Below, in pieces: positions 25,405 through 32,000 of a stretch of 32,000 nt of DNA; position 1 is the first letter of the stretch, and each line of letters starts with the position of its first letter. Source of the stretch: Candidatus Syntropharchaeum caldarium (lineage in GTDB: Archaea; Halobacteriota; Syntropharchaeia; Syntropharchaeales; Syntropharchaeaceae); the NCBI GenBank assembly GCA_001766815.1, contig LYOS01000002.1:180001-212000 (forward strand), written 5' to 3'. A program made the position numbers and the translations under genes. Below the pieces are notes generated by a model, which did not search any database, was not told the DNA's origin, and saw nothing but the letters and a program-made list of their open reading frames with translations.

Positions 25405-27099
25405 TTACATCTCTTCAAGTGGTTCAATCCCAAGTGTTTCAAGTGTTTCGGATAATATGACTTTTGTTGCTTCAATCAGTGCAAGTCTCGCACCTTTGAG
25501 TCTGGATTCACTGTTCAGGACAGGACAATCCCTGTAGAATATATTGAAGCTTTCAACAAGGTTTTTTGCGTACGTTGCAACCATATTCGGCTTGAGTGAG
25601 ATTGCAGCCTCCTCGATGGTGTATGCAAACTTTGATAGCATCCTGATAAGCGCCACTTCCTGCTCGTGCTTCAGCAGTTCTATCGACTCCAATTCAAGAT
25701 CGTATCCGAGTTCAGAAGCCCGTTTCAGGATGCTGCAGCAGCGGGCATGTGCATACTGGAGATATGGTGCACCCTGCTTCTCAAAGTCAAGTGCCTGTTC
25801 CCAGTCAAAGACGGTGGGCTTCTCGGCTGCCACCCTGACAATATCAAACCTTATAGCACCCCTTGCAACAGCCCGTGCAATCTCAGCGCGTTTCTCATCT
25901 GGAAGATCCTCCCGCCGTTGATTAACCTCGATGCGCGCCCTGGCCTCAACCTCATCGATCAATTCATCCGCACTGATGAACTTCCCCTCCCTTGTGCTCA
26001 TCGAGCCTTCGGGGAGTGATACAAACTCAAAGATAACGATCTCAGGCTTTGTAATCCCAAGTTTTTCAAGTATATATGATAGCTGGCTTGATATGAGCTT
26101 ATGATCTGCGCCAAAGACATCGATCACCCGATCTCCACGTTCTGCTTTGAAACGGTGATACGCAAGATCGCGCGTGGCGTATATCGATGTTCCATCGGCA
26201 CGAGAGATGACAAACTCCTTATCAAATCCCGCATCCCGCAGATCAATCATCAGCGCCCCTTCTTTCTCAAAAACCTTGATCGAAGGACACGCAACAATCT
26301 CAGATATGATCTGTGCAACATCACCGGATCTTACAAAATCGCTTTCCCATACAAAGAGATCGTGAACAACGCCAAGGCGTGCGAGTGTTTCGCGTGCACC
26401 ATCAAGCGACAAGGTCACAGCCTGCCTGAATCTTGATACAACATCCTCATCACCCGATTCGTTTCGTTTTATAAGCTCATCAACCTTTGATTTAAGTTCT
26501 GGCTCACGTTCGAGCAGTCTGTTGGCATTAATATAAACATCTGCTATCGCATGGTCGATCTTCTTAGATCTATCAAGCTCAAAGTGATCTAGTCCAAAGA
26601 CGACCATCGCAGCCTGCCTGCCCATATCGTTCACATAGTACTCAACCTCTACCTCCCAGCCTGCACGACGGAGAATTCTCGCAAGTGTATCCCCGATCAC
26701 CGTATTCCTGATGTGCCCGATATGAAGCGGACCATCTGGATTTGCAGATGTGTGTTCAAGGATTACAAGTCCTGTTTTTTTATTGAATCCCAGATCACCC
26801 TCGATAATGGAGCGAACTGTTGCTGCAAAAAAGTAACTGGATGCATAGAAGTTTATGTAAGGACCTGAAGCCCTGACCTCTGATATAAAAAGTTCACTTT
26901 CATAGTCCATATTTTGAACGATATTTTCAGCTGCTTTATCTGGTGAAATTTTGTAAGCAGATGCAATCCTGTAGCAGATAGTTGATGCAAGATCTGCAAA
27001 AGGAGAGGGTTCAAGCTCGAGTTTATCAACAGCGTAACCTGCATCCTTAATTGCATTTTTTAGCACTGCTTTTACTATATCTCTAAATTGCAGAAACAT
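25405..27099 (-). CDS. argS: Arginyl-tRNA synthetase
   Basis: 564 aa. It has SANPDGPLHIGHIRN (HIGH), the MSTREG variant of KMSKS, and a DALR anticodon-binding C-terminus. Confidence 0.95.
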   Translation of the reverse strand: MFLQFRDIVKAVLKNAIKDAGYAVDKLELEPSPFADLASTICYRIASAYKISPDKAAENIVQNMDYESELFISEVRASGPYINFYASSYFFAATVRSIIEGDLGFNKKTGLVILEHTSANPDGPLHIGHIRNTVIGDTLARILRRAGWEVEVEYYVNDMGRQAAMVVFGLDHFELDRSKKIDHAIADVYINANRLLEREPELKSKVDELIKRNESGDEDVVSRFRQAVTLSLDGARETLARLGVVHDLFVWESDFVRSGDVAQIISEIVACPSIKVFEKEGALMIDLRDAGFDKEFVISRADGTSIYATRDLAYHRFKAERGDRVIDVFGADHKLISSQLSYILEKLGITKPEIVIFEFVSLPEGSMSTREGKFISADELIDEVEARARIEVNQRREDLPDEKRAEIARAVARGAIRFDIVRVAAEKPTVFDWEQALDFEKQGAPYLQYAHARCCSILKRASELGYDLELESIELLKHEQEVALIRMLSKFAYTIEEAAISLKPNMVATYAKNLVESFNIFYRDCPVLNSESRLKGARLALIEATKVILSETLETLGIEPLEEM

Positions 27100-27652
27100 C
27101 CTTATTCTCCAGAAGCCACCTTATTAACCCGTCAAATGCAGCTCTTCGGTGGGATATGCTATTCTTCATCTCGGTCGTTATCTCGGCGAATGTCCTTCCG
27201 TTATACATGAAGATAGGATCGAATCCGAATCCTCCTTTCCCCTTTGCTTTTTCTGCGATCGTTCCCTCAACACTTCCTGTAAATAACACAGGCTGCATGG
27301 ATGGTTCACAGAATGCGATTACAGATTTGAATGTGGCTTTTCTATCTCTGACACGTGACATGAGTTTTAATATCCCCCTATTTCCAATTTTTTTATAGAC
27401 ATAAGCAGAATATGGACCTGGAAAACCGCCGAAGCGCTCTATAAATAAACCTGAGTCCTCGACGATTAGCGGACGAGCGAAGAGACGAGATACATGAAAT
27501 GCGCCCTTTCTTGCAACCTCTTCGAGCGTGTCTGCCTGAATTTCGGGGTAATCGTACCCAACCTGCTCTATCACAATATCATAATTTGCTGCAAGTGCTT
27601 CAAGTTCACGCACCTTTCCCTCGTTCTTTGTTACAAATAAAAGCTTTATCAC
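27083..27652 (-). CDS. Non-canonical purine NTP pyrophosphatase (HAM1/RdgB family)
   Basis: IKLLFVTKNEGKVRE, the FGFDPIF motif and SHRRAAF are present. The ORF-track ATG at 27727 would overlap aRF1 by 74 bp. GTG at 27652, one nt after the aRF1 stop, gives the family-typical length of about 190 aa. The 3' end overlaps the argS start by 17 bp. Confidence 0.85.
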   Translation of the reverse strand: MIKLLFVTKNEGKVRELEALAANYDIVIEQVGYDYPEIQADTLEEVARKGAFHVSRLFARPLIVEDSGLFIERFGGFPGPYSAYVYKKIGNRGILKLMSRVRDRKATFKSVIAFCEPSMQPVLFTGSVEGTIAEKAKGKGGFGFDPIFMYNGRTFAEITTEMKNSISHRRAAFDGLIRWLLENKDVSAI

Positions 27653-27653
27653 A

Positions 27654-28904
27654 CTAAAACCCACTTTTATATCGTAGTATCGCAGCAATTCCGCCAAACG
27701 CTCGTCGAAGCTGTCCCCCTTCTTCAAAATCCGATGAGATGATCACAACCTCCGTGCCACGCTCTTCTGCAATTCTGGATAGCTCAACAACAATATCTAT
27801 CATATCTGTGAGCTTCAGATTGCTGTTGCATGCCGGACACTTGAGTTCACTCCCAATCTTATTTGTATCCATACCTGGAAGCAAGTTATAACTCTTCACA
27901 AGTGTATATCCGCAATTATCACAGACAAATGATGCTCTGATCTTATTCAACTCCTCTGAGATTATCAGTGTCTCGCATGCACCAATCTCAAGGGCTTTTC
28001 TGACCTCATCTTCCCCATACGCCACCATTTTTTCATCGTTGACAAGGAGTTTCATGAACCGATCCATCACCTTCTTCTCCTTCATCAGCTCAAGATCTTC
28101 GAGCACACCACTTGCTGCATCAACAAGTTCGTAGAGACCTGACTCATCTGTATAAGAGACATCAAAGATATCCACTATTTTCTGGCGCAATTCATGATGC
28201 AAAAATTCACCCTTGACAAACTCCTCCTTTGTTGGGCTTGGTCCGCCGATCAGGATACCAAGAAGCTCTTCCCTTGGCACCGCAAGAAAAACCTCGTTTG
28301 CATGTTCTCCGACCCGTGTGTAGAATTCATGCACAGCTATTTCTCGCAAACGACTGAAACGCTGTGCAGACTGTCCACCCCGTCTTGTCTTCCCGGGAAC
28401 GGTTGAAGATGTGTGTTTGAGTGCGTGTATCGTCTTTCCTTTGAGCAGCCCGATTGTTGCCTCGCGCTTATCGAGCACCAGAAGTCCATAGGTCTTTTTG
28501 TCATGGAGAATCTCTTCCAGTGGTTCTAAAAGAAAAGTGGAGTCACAGTGATAGCGGTAGGATCTTATTGGCTCAGGAGGTACGACCATTACCGTATCCA
28601 GATTGGTCTTATCTCCCCCGACATCGATCGCACCACAGAATATTGCGATACCTGTCTCTGGCGGTTTCTTTATGTACTTCAGGCGCGACAGAATCGAGTC
28701 GAGCGCACTCTGGACATTTGTGCGGGTTGATTTGCTTTTAATATTTGATGCCTGCCCATGCTCATCTCTCAACTGCGAGGTAACATCAGATATTTGCTTA
28801 TCGGGTGGGATATAAACAGTTACAAGCTCTGTACCCCTCCCTGATTTTTCCCTCAGTTCTTCGAGTTTTTTCTTAAACTCATACCGATCAAATTCTTCAG
28901 TCAT
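27654..28904 (-). CDS. prf1: Peptide chain release factor aRF1
   Basis: 416 aa. It has the NIKS motif (ASNIKSKSTR), the GGQ motif (RRGGQSAQRF), and a C-terminal zinc-ribbon insert (CDNCGY...CPACN). Confidence 0.95.
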   Translation of the reverse strand: MTEEFDRYEFKKKLEELREKSGRGTELVTVYIPPDKQISDVTSQLRDEHGQASNIKSKSTRTNVQSALDSILSRLKYIKKPPETGIAIFCGAIDVGGDKTNLDTVMVVPPEPIRSYRYHCDSTFLLEPLEEILHDKKTYGLLVLDKREATIGLLKGKTIHALKHTSSTVPGKTRRGGQSAQRFSRLREIAVHEFYTRVGEHANEVFLAVPREELLGILIGGPSPTKEEFVKGEFLHHELRQKIVDIFDVSYTDESGLYELVDAASGVLEDLELMKEKKVMDRFMKLLVNDEKMVAYGEDEVRKALEIGACETLIISEELNKIRASFVCDNCGYTLVKSYNLLPGMDTNKIGSELKCPACNSNLKLTDMIDIVVELSRIAEERGTEVVIISSDFEEGGQLRRAFGGIAAILRYKSGF

Positions 28905-28928
28905 TATTTACCATCGACGTCGCGTTTA

Positions 28929-29258
28929 TTATATTCTTCGGATTTTTATATCTCGTTTTTTTGGTGTAAGTTGCGCAAGAACAGCTTTGAGTTGTTCATC
29001 AGTCACAGGAGACTTTATACGCCCTGATTGCGCCAGAGTAATCAGCTGAAGTTCAACCTGTTCAACAAACTCTGGTTTAGCCATCTTTAAACTATTCAGA
29101 CGTTTTCGTGCTTCAGGGGTTAAGATTTGCCGCAATATCGCCTGTTTTTGTGCTTCAATCTCCTGTCTTGCCTCTTCTTCACGCATCCCTGCTGCCTGCT
29201 GCTGCGCAAGCTCCTGCATCCTTTTCTGTCTTAAAAGTTCTAACTCATCGTCAACCAT
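28929..29258 (-). CDS. PDCD5-family dsDNA-binding protein (MTH1615-like)
   Basis: 109 aa. [17 protein letters not shown]...[23 protein letters not shown] is present. Its position next to rps19e is a conserved archaeal arrangement. Confidence 0.85.
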   Translation of the reverse strand: MVDDELELLRQKRMQELAQQQAAGMREEEARQEIEAQKQAILRQILTPEARKRLNSLKMAKPEFVEQVELQLITLAQSGRIKSPVTDEQLKAVLAQLTPKKRDIKIRRI

Positions 29259-29276
29259 TATAATCCCTCTCAGGAC

Positions 29277-29702
29277 TCAAAATTCAATTTCTTTTTTAAG
29301 CTCAAACGCAGTATTATCAAGCAATGATTTGCCTTTTGGTGTAATTTGCCTGCCCTTACTCGCCTTTGTGACGTATCCTGCTCTTTCAAGCTGTTGAAGT
29401 GCTTTTCTGATAACAGAACCACTTCCTTTCTTCAGATGTTCTGTCTTGACGCCACGTCGGTGTCGCCCCCCATAAAATGTGGCAAGGCGTTCTACCCCAA
29501 CAGGTCCATCGATATAAATTCGTCTCAATATCGATGAACACCTTATAAACCACCAGTCCTCGTCCACAGGTGGTATCTCGCGGCTTACACCTGTTTTTAC
29601 GTAATTTGCCCATGAAGGAATGGCTATAGCTTTGTTCTGTTTCAGCTTCTCTGCAAGCGTTTTGATTAGCGCATCGGGTGGTACATCATATACGGTCGTC
29701 AT
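29277..29702 (-). CDS. rps19e: 30S ribosomal protein S19e
   Basis: 141 aa. MTTVYDVPPDALIK...PSWANYVKTG...DWWFIRCSSILRRIY...GGRHRRG is present. Confidence 0.95.
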   Translation of the reverse strand: MTTVYDVPPDALIKTLAEKLKQNKAIAIPSWANYVKTGVSREIPPVDEDWWFIRCSSILRRIYIDGPVGVERLATFYGGRHRRGVKTEHLKKGSGSVIRKALQQLERAGYVTKASKGRQITPKGKSLLDNTAFELKKEIEF

Positions 29703-29828
29703 CTTTTACCTCCAATCACTCCCTTTACCTCCTGATTCAATATATAATTAACGATCCAGAAGAGCTGTAAATGATTACTTTTATATATCGTTGAGGGATC
29801 TAATTTGTTCAAGTTTAAGAGGTAGGAT

Positions 29829-31277
29829 ATGGCTGCTATTTTTGAACTCAGCGACAAAGATGTGATGGGAAGAATAGGTAAGCTCAGAACTGCTCATGGT
29901 GTGATCGAGACACCGACGGTCATGCCCGTTATTCGACCAGGTGTCGATGCATCGAGGATGAAAAAATTTGGTACAGAGATCATCATCACAAATGCATATA
30001 TCACCTATCGTTCAGAGGAGCTGAAGGCGCAGGCGATCGCCGACGGCATCCACGCGCTTACAAACTGGGACGGCCCGATCATGACCGATTCTGGTTCATA
30101 CCAGCTATATGAATACAGTGATATCGAGCTTGAGAATAGCGAGATCGTTACCTTTCAGCAGGAGATCGGGAGTGACATAGGTGTTCCACTCGATATACCA
30201 TCTGCGATCGATACTGGATATGAGGAGGTTAAAAGGGAACTTGAGATAACGCTTGAGCGGCTCAGAGAGGCTCGTTTGATTGTGGATGATGAAGAAGAGG
30301 GTATGATACTTGCAGGGACAATTCAGGGCTCAATCTATCCTGATCTAAGGGAATACAGTGCCAGAAAAGCATCAGAGATTGGCTTTGAGATCTATCCGAT
30401 AGGTGGTGTTGTACCACTCATGGAACGATACCGCTACAGTGATCTTGTGCGGGTCATCCTTCACTCAAAGATGAACCTTGAGCCATCTGCCCCGATCCAC
30501 CTCTTTGGAGCAGGACATCCAATGGTTTTTGCCCTCGCAGTTGCACTGGGGTGTGATCTCTTCGATTCTGCGGCCTACGCGCTCTATGCACAGGGAGGAA
30601 GGTATCTCTCACCCATGGGTACATACTTCATTGAGGAGATGGCGTACCTCCCCTGTTCATGTCCTGTCTGTTCAACAAGTTCTGCCAGTGAGCTCCAGAA
30701 AGATGTTGATCTTCTTGCAGACCATAATCTTTACATAAGTTTTGAGGAGATCAGACGAATAAAGGAAGCGATACGCGAGAAACGACTCTGGGAACTTGTT
30801 CAGATGCGTGTACAGGCACATCCAAGACTCCTTGATGGTTTAAAAACTGCTGTTGGCTTTGCAGAATTTATAGAACAATTTGATCCTGTTTCAAAGACCT
30901 CTTTCTTTTATACATCCCCTGAATCAGCAGGAAGAAGTGAAGTTGTGAGATATATCAATCGCCTCGATCGGTTTGAACTTGATGGAACGGTTCTGATAAC
31001 AACAGAGAAGAGGTCTGATCTTGACTACGATCATCTCTTTATCCTGAAGGCGCCATTTGGCCCATGTCCTATTGAGCTATCTGAGACATATCCAGTGGGG
31101 CATGCCGAGACCCCTGAGAATCCTGACGCTGAGGCGATGGTCAGGGCAGCATCTGGCACACGGCGTCTGATTGAGTTGAACCCACAGGCACACTTCGTTC
31201 TGGTGTGTGAACGTCGGTGGGAGGGCTACCTCGCGGATCTTGCAGCAGATGGGGTTGAGATTCACTGGAGGGAATGA
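29829..31277 (+). CDS. tgtA: Archaeosine tRNA-guanine(15) transglycosylase, short form without recognisable PUA domain
   Basis: 482 aa. FELSDKDVMGRIGKLRTAHGVIETPTVMPV, MTDSGSYQ, and the zinc site CSCPVCS...H are present. The C-terminal 140 aa show no PUA-like pattern. Confidence 0.9.
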   Translation: MAAIFELSDKDVMGRIGKLRTAHGVIETPTVMPVIRPGVDASRMKKFGTEIIITNAYITYRSEELKAQAIADGIHALTNWDGPIMTDSGSYQLYEYSDIELENSEIVTFQQEIGSDIGVPLDIPSAIDTGYEEVKRELEITLERLREARLIVDDEEEGMILAGTIQGSIYPDLREYSARKASEIGFEIYPIGGVVPLMERYRYSDLVRVILHSKMNLEPSAPIHLFGAGHPMVFALAVALGCDLFDSAAYALYAQGGRYLSPMGTYFIEEMAYLPCSCPVCSTSSASELQKDVDLLADHNLYISFEEIRRIKEAIREKRLWELVQMRVQAHPRLLDGLKTAVGFAEFIEQFDPVSKTSFFYTSPESAGRSEVVRYINRLDRFELDGTVLITTEKRSDLDYDHLFILKAPFGPCPIELSETYPVGHAETPENPDAEAMVRAASGTRRLIELNPQAHFVLVCERRWEGYLADLAADGVEIHWRE

Positions 31278-31916
31278 GTGCCCAAAATCTATGACATCTC
31301 GATCTCGCTTGAAGAAGGGATGCTTGCATACCCAGGCGATCCGCCATTCAGGGCAACGTCTGTTATGAAACACGAATGGGGGGATCCTGCAGAGCTTACA
31401 AGCTACACATTGGGATCGCATACAGGAACTCACCTTGATCTACCCTCACACATAATTGAATGTGGAAAAGAACTCAAAGACATCCCTCTCGATTTACTGC
31501 TTGGAGATGCGTTTGTTATCGATCTATCGGATGGCAGAGGTTTGATAAATGCCGATGAGATCAGACCACACCTCTTACCTGGAGCAAAACGCATCCTTAT
31601 CAGGAGTTCAAACTCATCCAGTGAATATATTGGGAGCAGGGAATTTAAGGATGACTATAGATCGCTCAGTATGGATGGTGCAGAGCTGCTTGTCGAGGCG
31701 GGTATATCCCTTGTTGGAATCGACTATCTCTCGATAGAGCAGTTTGAGAGCAGAGAACTTGAAGTTCACCGTTATCTACTCGGGCATGACCTCCTCATCC
31801 TCGAAGGCATTGATCTTCGTGGGGTCCCACCGGGTAAATATGAGATGATCTGTCTCCCACTGAAAATCCAGAACGCGAGTGGTGCCCCAGCAAGGGTGAT
31901 ACTCAGGCAAAAGTAA
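31278..31916 (+). CDS. Putative cyclase / kynurenine-formamidase-like metal hydrolase (COG1878 family)
   Basis: 212 aa with the signature HTGTHLDLPSH and ...GIDYLS. The GTG start directly abuts the tgtA TGA stop. Confidence 0.8.
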   Translation: MPKIYDISISLEEGMLAYPGDPPFRATSVMKHEWGDPAELTSYTLGSHTGTHLDLPSHIIECGKELKDIPLDLLLGDAFVIDLSDGRGLINADEIRPHLLPGAKRILIRSSNSSSEYIGSREFKDDYRSLSMDGAELLVEAGISLVGIDYLSIEQFESRELEVHRYLLGHDLLILEGIDLRGVPPGKYEMICLPLKIQNASGAPARVILRQK

Positions 31917-31949
31917 CGCTTAAAATACCCCAAAACAGATACATAACCA

Positions 31950-32000
31950 ATGAAGGACTTCAATAAGTTTCTTGGAACAGCAAAATACATTGCATCAGAA
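31950..32000 (+). CDS. 5' end of an unidentified CDS running off the window
   Basis: An ATG at 31950 opens MKDFNKFLGTAKYIASE..., which stays open to the window edge. It is too short to identify. Confidence 0.3.
   Translation, partial: MKDFNKFLGTAKYIASE

Noticed and set aside
27653-27727. 25-codon N-terminal extension of the HAM1-family ORF.
   Set aside because: It would overlap aRF1 by 74 bp. GTG at 27652, immediately after the aRF1 stop, gives the canonical N-terminus (IKLLFVTxNxGK) and length.
1-32000. A search for CRISPR arrays, tRNA/rRNA genes, transposases, integrases, toxin-antitoxin pairs or other defence islands.
   Set aside because: No spaced direct repeats, cloverleaf-like intergenic sequences or recognisable mobile or defence proteins were seen. 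Only three intergenic gaps exceed 130 bp (5244-5380, 12035-12236, 18952-19265), and each was examined individually.

Overview
This is a gene-dense archaeal chromosomal segment, about 90% coding with about 39 CDS. All calls come from reading the ORF-track translations and my own translation of unlisted regions; no database search was run.

The gene content points to a methanogen or ANME of the Methanosarcinales type:
- NifH-like CfbC candidate (F430 pathway) and a soluble MtrA-family corrinoid protein.
- Isopentenyl phosphate kinase and pantoate kinase.
- aRF1, ribosomal proteins S8e and S19e, RPA, archaeosine tRNA-guanine transglycosylase, archaeal RNase J and a Y-family polymerase.

Most genes are housekeeping: idsA (partial), rnj, leuC/hacA, nadK, hisG, argS, prf1, tgtA and an acyl-CoA synthetase. 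I found no rRNA, tRNA, CRISPR array, transposase or integrase.

Items worth a second look:
1. An unannotated 36-codon ORF with a strong RBS, translationally coupled to a stand-alone PqqD-like (RiPP recognition element) protein. No tailoring enzyme lies nearby.
2. An overlap-coupled operon of an ArsP-like CxC permease, a soluble MtrA-like corrinoid protein and a small CxxC thioredoxin-like protein.
3. A 1.17 kb AT-rich stretch with no GATC at all, carrying a tauE/safE-like gene and an orphan ORF. It sits in a window where GATC is otherwise about 3-4x over-represented.
4. Two KaiC/RecA-superfamily proteins in unusual operon contexts. One is a two-domain ATPase with a CheY-like receiver and no kinase; the other has a degenerate P-loop and overlaps the NAD kinase gene by 4 bp.

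Several ORF-track starts are probably over-extended. They use GTG/TTG or overlap a neighbouring gene, and I give the better-supported starts.
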